DNA of 63,697 nt, counting the filler, from Octopus bimaculoides (taxonomy: Eukaryota): assembly GCF_001194135.2 (NCBI RefSeq). It is 7 parts of 5 records of this genome, joined end to end, with 100 filler letters (N's around TTAATTAATTAA, not from the genome) between each part and the next. Parts side by side here need not be neighbours in the genome. Positions count along the whole stretch, not along the records: positions 23,493 to 35,344 come from NC_069010.1; positions 35,445 to 39,562 come from NC_068994.1; 5 more parts are not named here. One strand, given 5' to 3'. The translations under genes were made by a program, and so were the position numbers. Below the pieces are notes generated by a model. The model had not been told where the DNA came from, made no database searches, and saw only the letters and a list, made by a program, of their open reading frames with translations. Position 1 is the first letter of the stretch. Every line of letters starts with the position of its first letter. This document shows positions 25,210-37,802 of this stretch, in pieces.

Positions 25210-25540
25210 GGTCCCACAGCTATGGTTTAAGTCCTTTATTTTTTGCCATTTCCCCACAACTCTATTCTATGCCCCAGCTCTCTACGGTGTCATACAAACA
25301 AATTCTGTGACCTCAACTCTCTTATGTGCCCCACAATCTGATTCTGTGCCCTACAGCCTGAATCTGTGCCCCCATCTCCCTTCCCTTCTGAATCCCAGAA
25401 TCTAATTCTTTTCCCCAGCTTTCTTCTGGGTCCCACAGCCTAATTCTGTGCCCCCACCCCAGCTCTCTTCTGAGTCTCACAGTCTAATTCTGTTCCCCAG
25501 CTTTCTTATGGGTCCCACATCCTAATTCTGTACCCCCCAG
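25210..25540. repeat. Degenerate minisatellite, unit of about 38-40 bp
   Basis: Recurrent CCCACAGCCTAATTCTGTGCCCCAGCT(C/T)TCTT. Confidence 0.8.
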
Positions 25541-26499
25541 CTGTCGTCATCATCATCATTTTACGTCTGTTTGCCATGCTAGCATGGATTGGATGGTTTG
25601 ATAAGAAGCTGACAAGGCCAGAAGCTGCACTGGGTTCCACTGTCTGTTTTGGTATGGTTTCTATGGCTGGATGTCCTTCTTAATGCCAACCACTTCATAG
25701 AGTATTTTGGGTGCCTTTTATGCAGAACCAGCGCCAGTGTTTTTAATATGGTACCAGTATTAATGTTTTTTATGTGGCACCATCATTGACAGGGTCACCA
25801 GGTACCTTGCAAGATAAAAAAGCAACAGTAATAAGCAACATTTAGGTCAATTCAAATATGTTTGAGACATATTTGGCCTGTAAAAAGGTCATGTTTGGTG
25901 TAGAGAAAATTCTTGCTTTAAGCAGCAGGTGTTAATACACCACCAGTCATTTCAGAGTAACCTTTGTCAACTCAAGAATGTATTTCAGGCTCCTTTTTTC
26001 CTCATCAGCACCAGATACCAAGCAGGACAACCCTGGAATGACTTTGGAAGTTGTGGCTTCTATACAAAAAACTAAACCTCAACAAACAAGAAAGGTAGAC
26101 AGTGCGGTGGAGTAGGATGAGAGTACTGAGAATGAGGATGGGGAGTCACAAAGGGTGGTGGTGGAAGGAGATGATTCTACTGGTCAGTGCTGATACACTG
26201 GGATCAATGTATATTGACTAGCCCTCTTCCCGCCAAAAAATTTTCAAGGCCATGCCTAGAGTAGTAATAATTATTATTATTAAATATTATTAAGGTGGTA
26301 GCACGCTGGACAAAATGCTTAGCAGTATTTCATCCATCTTTATGTTCCTTTCGGGGTCGATAAATTAGGTACCAGTGAAACACTGGGGTCGATGTAATCA
26401 ACATGTCCCCTTCCTCTAAATTTCAAGGCCTTCTGCCTTCGGTTGAAAGGATTATTATTATTGTTATTGCTGTTGTTGTTGTTGTTGTTGTTGTTGTTA

Positions 26500-26533
<34 letters not shown>

Positions 26534-26773
26534 CATTATTAGTAGTAGTAGTAGTATCGAGGCAGCAAGCTGGCAGAATCGTTAGCATGCCAGGTGAAAT
26601 GCTTAGTGGTTCAGAGTTCAATTTCCACCGAGGTCGATTTTGCTTTTCATCCTTTTGGGGTTGATGAAATAAGTACCAGTGAAACACTGGGGGGTCGATG
26701 TAATCGACTTAATCCCTTCCCCCAAATTTGAGGCCTTGTGCTTCCAGTAGAAAGGATTATTATTATTATTATT

Positions 26774-26931
26774 GGCGCAGGAGTGGCTGTGTGGTAAGTA
26801 GTTTGCTTACCAACCACATGGTTCCGGGTTCATTCCCACCGCGTGGCACCTTGGGCAAGTGTCTTCTACTATAGCCTCGGGCCGACCAAAGCCTTGTGAG
26901 TGGATTTGGTAGACAGAAACTGAAAGAAGCC

Positions 26932-26985
<54 letters not shown>

Positions 26986-27188
26986 CTGTGTTTGTCCCCC
27001 TAGCATTGCTTGACAACCGATGCTGGTGTGTTTACGTCCCCGTAACTTAGCGGTTCGTCAAAAGAGACCGATAGAATAAGTACTATGCTTGCAAAGAATA
27101 AGTCCTGGGTTCGATTTGCTCGACTAAAGGCGGTGCTCCAGCATGGCCCCAGTCAAATGACTGAAACAAGTAAAAGAGTAAAAAGAGT
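26774..27188 (+). mobile_element. SINE family A, full length, inserted after (ATT)n
   Basis: Complete from the GGCGCAGGAGTGGCTGTGTGG head to the AAAAGAGTA tail. Confidence 0.92.
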
Positions 27189-27703
27189 ATTATTATTGAA
27201 GACGTCGCACAGTATGCAATATTGTGATATTGTTGATTGAAGATGTAATGTCTGCTGGGGAACCGGGGGTTTGAACTGCCTGTTAAGTCATAACAAGGAC
27301 TTCAGACAGACGGTACTTTCAAGCAGGCAGAATTTTTAGCACGCCAGGTCAAATGCTTAGCAGCATTTCATCAGTCTCCATGTTCTGAGTTCAAATTCCG
27401 CCAAGGTTGACTTTGCCTTTTATCCTTTTGTGGGGGGTTGATTAAATAAGTACCAGTTACACACTGGTGTCAATGCAATCGACTTAATAGCCTAACCCAA
27501 GCTGCTCCTGTGGCAAAATTTTAAATCGTTGTTGTTGTTGCATTTGTTGTTGTTACTCTCTGAGTGGTTGGCGTTAGGAAGGGCATCCAGCTGTAGAAAC
27601 TCTGCCAGTTGGAAATATGCTGTGCGTGAGAAGATCCGGCAAGCCAAGTGAGACCTAAATCTAAGGCCTCAGCCAGTCCACTTATGCATGCCTTCCTTCC
27701 TTC

Positions 27704-27844
27704 ATTGGACACTAAACTCCACTTGCGAAGATTTGTTGAGGCAAGTGAAATCGAAATCGAGTTAAATTGGACACTAAACTTCCACTTGCAAAGACCTGTT
27801 GAGGCAAGTTAAATCAAAATCGAGTTAAATTGGACACTAAACTC
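27704..27844. repeat. 62-63 bp tandem repeat (2 full units and 1 partial) running into a gap
   Basis: ATTGGACACTAAACT(T)CCACTTGC..GAGGCAAGT.AAATC.AAATCGAGTTAA; units start at 27704, 27766 and 27829. Confidence 0.85.
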
Positions 27845-28601
27845 NNNNNNNNNNNNNNNNNNNNNNNNNNNNNNNNNNNNNNNNNNNNNNNNNNNNNNNN
27901 NNNNNNNNNNNNNNNNNNNNNNNNNNNNNNNNNNNNNNNNNNNNNNNNNNNNNNNNNNNNNNNNNNNNNNNNNNNNNNNNNNNNNNNNNNNNNNNNNNNN
28001 NNNNNNNNNNNNNNNNNNNNNNNNNNNNNNNNNNNNNNNNNNNNNNNNNNNNNNNNNNNNNNNNNNNNNNNNNNNNNNNNNNNNNNNNNNNNNNNNNNNN
28101 NNNNNNNNNNNNNNNNNNNNNNNNNNNNNNNNNNNNNNNNNNNNNNNNNNNNNNNNNNNNNNNNNNNNNNNNNNNNNNNNNNNNNNNNNNNNNNNNNNNN
28201 NNNNNNNNNNNNNNNNNNNNNNNNNNNNNNNNNNNNNNNNNNNNNNNNNNNNNNNNNNNNNNNNNNNNNNNNNNNNNNNNNNNNNNNNNNNNNNNNNNNN
28301 NNNNNNNNNNNNNNNNNNNNNNNNNNNNNNNNNNNNNNNNNNNNNNNNNNNNNNNNNNNNNNNNNNNNNNNNNNNNNNNNNNNNNNNNNNNNNNNNNNNN
28401 NNNNNNNNNNNNNNNNNNNNNNNNNNNNNNNNNNNNNNNNNNNNNNNNNNNNNNNNNNNNNNNNNNNNNNNNNNNNNNNNNNNNNNNNNNNNNNNNNNNN
28501 NNNNNNNNNNNNNNNNNNNNNNNNNNNNNNNNNNNNNNNNNNNNNNNNNNNNNNNNNNNNNNNNNNNNNNNNNNNNNNNNNNNNNNNNNNNNNNNNNNNN
28601 N

Positions 28602-28945
28602 AGCGACGCCTTTCTGGCACTTGTGCCCACGGCATGTGTAAGGACTTTTGAGCGAGATCGTTGCCAGTGACGCCGAACTGGCTCCTGTGCAGGTGGCACG
28701 TAAAATACACCATTTTGAGTGTGGCCGTTGCCAGTACCGCCTGACTTGCCTTCGTGCCGGTGGCACGTAAAAGCACCCACTACACTCTCTGAGTGGTTGG
28801 CGTTAGTAAGGGCATCCAGCTGTAGAAACTCTGCCAAATCAGATTGGAGCCTGGTGTAGCCATCGGGTTTCACCAGTCCTCAGTCAAATCGTTCAACCCA
28901 TGCTAGCATGGAAGGCGGACGTTAAACGATGATGATGATGATGAT
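28602..28945 (+). mobile_element. Family D RTE-associated 3' tail
   Basis: GGCACGTAAAA repeats, the GGTTGGCGTTAG.AAGGGCATCCAGCTG core and a (GAT)n tail. Confidence 0.85.
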
Positions 28946-29278
28946 GATGTTATTGTTATTGTTGTTGTTACTGATAAAACTAAACTGTCCTCTGTTGTTT
29001 AAACAAAGCAAAACCAGAAACAGTCAAGTGTGTTAGCTGAAGTATTATACAATGTCAGAGATCATATGATAGCGGGCTTCTGTACTGTTGTATAGGAATG
29101 GTGGGGTGGTGGTGGTGGTGGTAGTCGTGGTGGTGGTGGTGGTCTAGATATTGTTGTGTAGTAATGGTGGCAGTACGTTGAATGATTGTAAGAGATCTTG
29201 AATCTGTGTCTAAGCACCTGTGTGTGTGTGGTAATGGTGATGGAGCATGTGAATATGTGTGTATGAATGTGTGTATGA

Positions 29279-29316
<38 letters not shown>

Positions 29317-29565
29317 ATATGGTTTGGGATGGTGTAGTGTGGTGTCCTGAATACCATAAGTATTGTAGTAATGGTAGTTGCGGTGAAGAGCTTTGGTGGT
29401 GTTTGAATATCTTGTGCAGGTGGTTTGTGGTGGTGNNNNNNNNNNGTTTATTATGGAGGTGATTGCAGTGGTGGTGGTGGTGGTGGTGCTGGTGGTGTTA
29501 GGTATGGAGATATGAGGGCATATACACACATAATTTGATACTGTATGAATAATAACAGGTACAGG

Positions 29566-29605
<40 letters not shown>

Positions 29606-29610
<5 letters not shown>

Positions 29611-29819
29611 ATGTGCTGAAAAGTTCTTGGCTTTGGGTAAAAGAAAATACAGGAGAAGTAAATTATGATTACATTCACCATGTTCCCCTTTCAGATTCAC
29701 ACATTTACGGCAGCAGACCTTCAGTTTTTCTAAGCCCTGTAAAAGAACTTGCAAGGTTGGGCCTCCAACTAGGCCTTTTGCAAGATCCTCAAAGACAGGA
29801 ACTTTTCCGCAGCCCCTCG
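29606..29819. mobile_element. Mariner-derived MITE
   Basis: TIRs CGAGGATGTGCTGAAAAGTTCTTGGCTTT / AAAGACAGGAACTTTTCCGCAGCCCCTCG; TA on the right and CA (inside a CA repeat) on the left. Confidence 0.75.
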
Positions 29820-30466
29820 TAGGTTCTATAGACAAAGGCAAGTTGTACTTACTGTGATTCCAACGCACAATTTGTGCCGTAAGGTTACTGCCGAAAACAA
29901 GGGATAAGGTGTATAACCGGAAATCCAAATAATGGACCTTGTGAAGAAACCTGCAGGAATAGAAAGTAGAAAAGGGCTTTTTAAAGGGGACACGCAGAAG
30001 TTACAAAGGATTTAGCGATATGTAGAACAGGACTGTAAGGCTACAGTAGTGGGGAGGCACAGAATGGAACTGTGAGCCATGGAGTGTGAAAAGATGTACA
30101 GAACATGAAAGAAAGTTGTGGGGACATAGAAAAGATGTGTGGAATGTAGATGAGAACTGGGAGCAAAGGATTANNNNNNNNNNNNNNNNNNNNNNNNNNN
30201 NNNNNNNNNNNNNNNNNNNNNNNNNNNNNNNNNNNNNNNNNNNNNNNNNNNNNNNNNNNNNNNNNNNNNNNNNCACATTTTGCAAAATAGCTGTTTTGTT
30301 GAGAAATATCTGAGAAAGCATAGCGGCGGAATTCTGGTTTGAGTACTCCATATAATCCATCAATACTTATATATATTTCTTAGAATTTTCAGAAAAGTTC
30401 TTCGAATTTGTGTTCTACACACAGTAATTCAATATGATTATGTAAAAAAATAAAAATATTTGTATA

Positions 30467-30882
30467 GACGCAGGAGTGGCTGTGTGGTAAGTAGCTTGCT
30501 TACCAACCACGTGGTTCCGCGTTCAGTCCTATTGCGTGGCACCTTGGGCAAGTGTCTTCTACTATAGCCTCGGGCCGACCAAAGCCTTGTGAGTGGATTT
30601 GGTAGACGGAAACTGAAAGAAGCCTGTCGTATATGTGTATATATATATATGTATGTGTGTGTATATGTTTGTGTGTCTGTGTTTGTCCCCACAACATCAC
30701 TTGACAACCGATGGTGGTGTGTTTACGTCCCCATAACTCAGCGGTTCGGCAAAAGAGACAGATAAAATAAGTACTAGGCTTACAAAGAATAAGTCCTGGG
30801 GTTGATTTACTCGACTAAAGGCGGTGCCCCAGCATGGCCGCAGTCAAATGACTGAAACAAGCAAAAGAGTAAAGAGAGAGTA
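30467..30882 (+). mobile_element. SINE family A, full length
   Basis: Matches the family consensus end to end; a decayed copy follows at about 31270-31640. Confidence 0.9.
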
Positions 30883-31757
30883 TGTGATTTAAGGACAATT
30901 TAAGCTGTCATTTTTAACACATCCCACGACCACCAGATACCCTCACATTTATTCACATTGATATGAATTAGTCATGTATTTACCGTGGTAGCTTTGAGAT
31001 TTCAATGACATGATTGTTTATTTTTACAACACACAGCTCAGTCCAGGAATTGAACTCACAACCTCGTGATTGCGAACCCTATATTGTAACTGCTGAGCCA
31101 TGTGCCTTCATATAACGCTTACCTTGGTAGCTTTGAGATTTCAATGACATGAAAGTGCGCGAGAGGCCTGATCTGGCCAGTTTGAAAATAATACAGGTAA
31201 ATTATTTTGGCTAGGTATGGTCGGTTTCATTGCTAAAGGGTTAGGGTTAAACTTGTTAAAATAGTAAGTGAAGTGGCTGTGTGGTAAGAAGTTTGCTCCC
31301 CAACAACATGGTTCTAATGTGAGGTACCTTGGGCAAGTCTCTTCTGCTATGACCTTGGCTGCCAAAAGCCTTGTGAGTGGATTTGGTCAATGGAAACTGA
31401 AAGAGGCCCATCATGGGTGTGTGTCTTCCTGTCTGTATTTGTGCCCCACCACTTCTTGACAACTGGTGTTGGTGTGTTTACATTCCTGTAATTTAGCAGT
31501 GCAGCAAAAATAAACTGATAGAAAAAGTACCAGGTTTAGCAAAAAATAAGCACTGGGGTCAATGCATTCAACTAAAAATTCTTTGAGGCAATGCCCCAAC
31601 ATGGCCACAGTCTCATGATTAAAAGAAGTAAAAGAGATAAGAGTGGTTTATATGATGAGAAATATAAAGAAGTGATTTTAAATTCTCAATCGCAGAATAA
31701 TGCTAATAATATAGCCTGAACAGGATAAAATATCCCTATTTTGCAGAGAAAAGTGTA

Positions 31758-31834
31758 GGTGGCTAGCTGTGGACTCGAACTCACATCCCTGTGATTACAT
31801 GTCACAATGCTTTGACCGATTAAGCTAAACTACC
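31758..31834 (-). tRNA. tRNA-Thr(TGT)-like sequence, probably a pseudogene or repeat-borne
   Basis: D arm GCTT/AAGC, anticodon stem TGTGA/TCACA with loop CATGTAA, T loop TTCGAGT. The acceptor and T stems each appear one base short. Confidence 0.5.
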
Positions 31835-32689
31835 CACTACAAATTCCTCTGCAAATTAAGATATATAAATCTCGCTTTATGAGACGCTCTCATATGTTAA
31901 ATTCAAATTACGACAAACGTAAATAAACAAAAATTTCAGAGTGCTCATGGTNNNNNNNNNNNNNNNNNNNNNNNNNNNNNNNNNNNNNNNNNNNNNNNNN
32001 NNNNNNNNNNNNNNNNNNNNNNNNNNNNNNNNNNNNNNNNNNNNNNNNNNNNNNNNNNNNNNNNNNNNNNNNNNNNNNNNNNNNNNNNNNNNNNNNNNNN
32101 NNNNNNNNNNNNNNNNNNNNNNNNNNNNNNNNNNNNNNNNNNNNNNNNNNNNNNNNNNNNNNNNNNNNNNNNNNNNNNNNNNNNNNNNNNNNNNNNNNNN
32201 NNNNNNNNNNNNNNNNNNNNNNNNNNNNNNNNNNNNNNNNNNNNNNNNNNNNNNNNNNNNNNNNNNNNNNNNNNNNNNNNNNNNNNNNNNNNNNNNNNNN
32301 NNNNNNNNNNNNNNNNNNNNNNNNNNNNNNNNNNNNNNNNNNNNNNNNNNNNNNNNNNNNNNTGTTTATAAATAAAATCACACACGTGATTGAAGTTAAC
32401 TGTTTATATATAAATCACACACGAGACTGAATATCATAGTACCGGCTGCACAACAACTTATGGTAATCTTCCAGTATAGGGAAATAACAGTCAAACTAAA
32501 GCGTTTGACCCGAGCTCAAAAATAAAAAAATAAATTAGTGTAATAGGTGTAAAACAACTTGCTGTGAACGAATATGAAGAATGCGCGCTCACGAACGGGT
32601 GGGGTGAGGAGAGTACGGATAATATTAGTAAGACGTTAAGTTATTTTCCCCTTGTATTCTTATTTACTTTTTTTACCTCCCGAAACTGG

Positions 32690-33058
32690 AAGATTACCCA
32701 GTTGAACATTCATTTTTCTCAGTGGAAATATATTAAAGACCCCCGTCAGAACAATTACGCAACAAGGCCTACTGGATGCCTTACCTCTACTAAGTATAGA
32801 AGCAGATTCGTTAAGTAAGATAAGTCTTGAGGATCTGATCAAAGACTTTGCAATTAAAAGAAGACGAAACTGTTCATATCTAAATAAAATAGAAGTATTC
32901 AAAAACAAACATTATTTTCCATTTTACTGTTTTGTTTCATTTTGGAAAATAAATAAGGTTTGTTATCGTTTATGTTTCGAATTACATATATATGGTGGGG
33001 GGGGGGCACCGAAATCTTGTAAGTACTTAAGGTTTGTGTGGGCCTTAATCTGGCACTG
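32690..33058 (+). mobile_element. hAT transposon 3' end (dimerisation-domain relic and right terminus)
   Basis: Frameshifted HFSQWKYIKD / RTITQQGLLDALPLLSIEADSLSKISLEDLIKDFAIKRRR; ends GGGCCTTAATCTGGCACTG. Confidence 0.75.
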
Positions 33059-33121
33059 CATGAATGTGTGTGATGTATGTATGTATGTATGATGTTTGTG
33101 TGTGTAGGATGTATGTATATA

Positions 33122-33429
33122 GGCGCAGGAGTGGCTGTGTGGTAAGTAGCTTGCTTACCAACCACATGGTTCCGGGTTCAGTTCCACTGCGTGGCATCTT
33201 GGGCAAATGTCTTCTACTATAGCCTCGGGCCGACCAAAGCCTTGTGAGTGGATTTGGTAGACGGAAACTGAAAGAAGCCCGTCGTATATATGTATATATA
33301 TGTGTGTGTTTGTGTGTCTGTGTTTGTCCCCCTAGCATTGCTTGACAGACGATGCTGGTGTGTTTATGTCCCCGTCACTTAGCGGTTCGGCAAAAGAGAC
33401 CGATAGAATAAGTACTAGGCTTACAAAGA
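33122..33429 (+). mobile_element. SINE family A truncated by a gap
   Basis: Consensus match up to CTTACAAAGA. Confidence 0.9.
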
Positions 33430-33817
33430 NNNNNNNNNNNNNNNNNNNNNNNNNNNNNNNNNNNNNNNNNNNNNNNNNNNNNNNNNNNNNNNNNNNNNNN
33501 NNNNNNNNNNNNNNNNNNNNNNNNNNNNNNNNNNNNNNNNNNNNNNNNNNNNNNNNNNNNNNNNNNNNNNNNNNNNNNNNNNNNNNNNNNNNNNNNNNNN
33601 NNNNNNNNNNNNNNNNNNNNNNNNNNNNNNNNNNNNNNNNNNNNNNNNNNNNNNNNNNNNNNNNNNNNNNNNNNNNNNNNNNNNNNNNNNNNNNNNNNNN
33701 NNNNNNNNNNNNNNNNNNNNNNNNNNNNNNNNNNNNNNNNNNNNNNNNNNNNNNNNNNNNNNNNNNNNNNNNNNNNNNNNNNNNNNNNNNNNNNNNNNNN
33801 NNNNNNNNNNNNNNNNN

Positions 33818-34150
33818 GACCGGGCGTTGTGAGTGTTTATTGAGCGAAAACACCTAAAAGCTCCACGAGGCTCCGGCAGGAGATGGTGGCGAACCCTGCT
33901 GTACTCTTTCACCACAACTTTCTCTCACTCTTTCTTCCTGTTTCTGTTGTGCCTGTATTTCAAAGGGCCAGTCTTGTCACACTCTGTGTCACGCTGAATC
34001 TCCCTAAGAACTACATTAAGGGTACATGTGTCTGTGGAGTGCTCAGCCACTTGCACGTTAATTTCACGAGCAGGCTGTTCCGTTGATCGGATCAACTGGA
34101 ACCCTCGACATCGTAAGCGACGGAGTGACAACAACAACAACAACAACAAC
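33818..34150 (+). mobile_element. SINE family B (head in gap), (CAA)n tail
   Basis: GACCGGGCGTTGTGAG...GGAACCCTCGAC..GGAGTGACAACAACAAC. Confidence 0.88.
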
Positions 34151-34289
34151 AAGGTTGTATGTATAATCATGTGTAGTTATGTGTATAAGTGTAAGTATGC
34201 GTATATGTTTGTATATATTTATGTGTAAGTCAGCATGTCTAAACATGTCAATTAACTTTTAGCAAACAACTACAGGCTTGGTTGGTAGG

Positions 34290-35200
34290 TAGATGAGTAA
34301 GTTTGGGTGGATGAGCGGATGGATAACTAGACATATCGTGTAGGTGTTAAAGGATAGATAGACAAATAATGTGTAGATGTTGACTTAGTGGAGGGCTAGA
34401 TAGATACAAAGTGTGTAGATGTAATGGGATGGCTAGGTAGGTAGACAGTTGGGTGTTTGAGTAGATAAGAAGATAAACTAATGGACAGACAGATAGGTTG
34501 ATGAATACCAAGATGGAAAGATGGGTAGCTAGAAAGACGGCGAGCTGGCAGAAACGTTAGCAAACCAGGTGAAATGCTTAACGGTATTTTGTCTGCTGTT
34601 ACGTTCTGAGTTCAAATTCCGCCGAGGTCCACTTTGCCTTTCATCCTTTCGGGGTCGATAAATTAAGTACCACTTACGCACTGGGGTTGATGTAATCGAC
34701 TTAATCCCTTTGTCTGTCCTTGTTTGTCCCCTCTATGTTTAGCCCCTTGCGGGTAATAAAGAAGTAAGCTAGAGAGATGGATAAATGGATGGATAGATGG
34801 GTAGCTAGAGAGATGGACAAGTGGATAGATAGACAGATAGATAGATAGCTAGAGAGATGGGTAGACAGATAGATAGAGAGCTAAATGGATAACTAGAGAG
34901 ATATATAGATGGATAGATAGTTAGACAGATGGATGGATGGAAAGGTAGATAGATAGAAGGAAAGACAGACAGATAGCTGGATAAATGGATGGATGGATAG
35001 ACAAACAGACAGATAGATAGCTAAATGGCTTGATAGATGGATAGATGCACTGATGGATGGGTAGCTAGATAAGCAAATGGATAGATATGAAAATGGATAA
35101 ACAGGTGGAAAGATAGATGAATATAAATGAGTGTGGATGGATGGACAAACAGGTAGGTGAAAGCAGACAGGTAAGTAGGTAGGCAGGAAGAAGTGGCGAG
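34290..35200. repeat. Decayed (GATA)/(GGAT)n satellite with a family C SINE inserted at 34535-34765
   Basis: Mixed GATA/GGAT/GACA tetramers on both sides of the SINE. Confidence 0.85.
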
Positions 35201-35444
35201 AGAATCTGTGGGTGTAGCTGATTAAATTAGATGTGACTTTTGGGCGGAGACGGACTATATGTAATCTGAACCTTTCCCCCCCTTATTTATTTTTTTTTTT
35301 TACGGAATCCCACGTTTTAGGCTATGGAGATTCCGATTCTGAAANNNNNNNNNNNNNNNNNNNNNNNNNNNNNNNNNNNNNNNNNNNNTTAATTAATTAA
35401 NNNNNNNNNNNNNNNNNNNNNNNNNNNNNNNNNNNNNNNNNNNN

Positions 35445-35762
35445 AGACCTGGAAATAGAGATAACTCGAATGTGGAATCTAAAAACAGAAACAATTCCTA
35501 TCACAGTAGGTGCCTTAGGTATAATAAAAAAATATTCAGATAAATACATAACAAAAACACCAGGACTTACAAATATATATAACATACAGAAAATTGCACT
35601 ACTGGGCACTGCACACATCCTACGCAAAACACTTTCAATACAGTAACCATAAGAGCATCACAGCAAACCACAGCACATACCCAAGGCGCACAGAGCTGCG
35701 CTCGGTAGTGAAGTGAAAGCACGTTATAAAAATAGAACTACTGAACAATAATAATAATAAGT
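35445..35762 (+). mobile_element. R4/Dong-clade LINE 3' end with (AAT)n tail
   Basis: DLEIEITRMWNLKTETIPITVGALGIIKKY..NIQKIALLGTAHILRKTLSIQ*, then a UTR and TAA repeats. Confidence 0.9.
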
Positions 35763-35944
35763 TTTTGTAGAAAGTTAAACAAAAGACTATATCAATAGAC
35801 ACCATGCCAGCAACATCCACAATTCAGCCATACTGGGAAGCAATATGGAGCACCCCCCCCCCCCCACAAAAAAAAATGCACAGNNNNNNNNNNTATGGAG
35901 CACCCCCCCCCCCCACAAAAAAAAATGCACAGTGGAGTGGATTA

Positions 35945-36945
35945 GTAAGGAAAAGGAAAGAAAGAACACAATAGAACAACAGACATGGCCCACCATCACA
36001 GGCCACACTGAGGAACACCAGCAACTGGAAAACTCCAGGGATAGACAGGGTCCCCAACTTGTGGTTGAAACACTTCACCAGTACCTATAACCACTTAGCG
36101 GCAACGTTCATTTTATTGATAAGTGAGCCAGAATCAACACCAAACTGGATGCTGGAAGGACAAACCACCCTAATTCCTCAAAACAAAGACACCGTACACC
36201 CACAAAATTACAGACCAATGAATGACACGCCTGTCAACATCCTACAAATCCCTAACATCAGTTATCTGTAACCAGCTTATAAAGCAGCTGGAAAACAACG
36301 ATGTTTTACCAGGAGAACAAAAAGGGTGCCGGAGATGGATATATGGCTATCAGGAACAACTTCTGGTAAACCGAGCCATTATAGAAGACTGTTAGAGGAG
36401 AAAGACAAACTTGATCATGACTTGGATTGATTATTAAAAAGCATTCGACAATGTTCCGCAGCAGACGCAGAAAAAATATATCTATCCCGATCAGAAGGAG
36501 GCTGTGGCCTGATACAGATAGAGAACTACTATAAAGTAACAACAGTTGGACTAGGAAAGTACTTAGAAGCAAACAATGGAAGACGAGGAAAAGCAACACG
36601 AGAAAAAGAAAACGCATTTTTCCATACACAAAGAGGCGACAAAATCCAAAACAGAAACAAACTACACTAACAACAGTGACCTCAGATAATAACATAGAAG
36701 AAATGGTCAGAGAGACAAAAAACAAAATGAAAACTGAATTACAAAAGACACTGAAGAAGAAATGGAGAAAAAAAATCACTTTCTGGACTATACCCTGCAA
36801 GGCTTGACATAGAGGAAGTGAGCCAAAGTAAAAGCTAACAGTAGCTCAAAAGCTCTGGACTAAAAGCTGAAACGGAAGGACTGATTCACGCTGCACAAGA
36901 CCAATGCCTGACTACAAACAAATATAAAAACAAAATCAATTCTGA
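35945..36945 (+). mobile_element. R4/Dong-clade LINE RT fragment, degenerate and internally deleted
   Basis: NWKTPG.D.VPNLWLKHF..GQTTLIPQNKD..PQNYRP..GYQEQLLVNRAIIED..WIDY*KAFDNVP. Confidence 0.85.
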
Positions 36946-37041
36946 TTGAACAGACCTACATTCAGAATCAATCAAGTCATGACCATCTCTACTTTACTTT
37001 CTAAAGGTAAGCAGTTCCACTTGACATATAATATATCCTAT

Positions 37042-37095
<54 letters not shown>

Positions 37096-37429
37096 GCACA
37101 CACACACACATACACACACACACACACATATATATATATATCTTATTATATTATTATATGATAGAGCGCACGCATCCTTTTCCAAGTAAGTTTCATCTTA
37201 AGAACTCCAATGCGACTTTATTCTTCCTATTACTCTTTCGTTTTCTTTTGTCTCTCCTTCTCCTTCTCTCTTTTTTCTCTCTTATCCTGTCGCCAAATAA
37301 TTTCCTCTCCCCTTCACTGTTCTCTGTCTGTTACTCTCTCTCCCCCACGTGACCAACGGCCAGTTTTCTTTCTTCTCTTAACTTGTCTTTCTCTCTTTCT
37401 TTCTTTCTTTCTTCCTGTTTCAGCTGGAC

Positions 37430-37802
37430 AGGGAAGACGTATTGTTCTCTATCTCCTGTCCAGACTTGTTTCTTCACGTTCGCCACCACAACTTCGTTTA
37501 GGCTCAGCAGCCTTTCCTGTTTGCTTTCACTCTCCTGTTTCTGTCATCAATCTTGACCCTCCGCAAGATCGCAAATTTTATTTAATTTGCTTTGCGGGAG
37601 AAACTGTTTTATCGAAGGAGTATCTTGTCGTGAATTGCTCGAAATACGGATTAGAAAAACAGTCGACAGCTGATGAAGGGTCGTTCTTTGTGTTGTTTGT
37701 CTTGTTTTCGATTTGTTTCTTTCGTTGCTTGCAAAAAATCCTTATTCCATGTCCTCGTACTTCGTATTTTTTGTTGTTTATGTTTTGTGACGTCTTGTGC
37801 CC
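37430..37802 (+). mobile_element. Penelope pLTR-like relic
   Basis: CTCGAAA..GACAGCTGATGAAGGG followed by a T-rich tract, the same layout as 3790-4090. Confidence 0.35.

Noticed and set aside
25975-26012. Minus-strand CTGATGA-GG..CC-TGAAA
   Set aside because: Helix II is only 2 bp and no helix I can form; consistent with chance.
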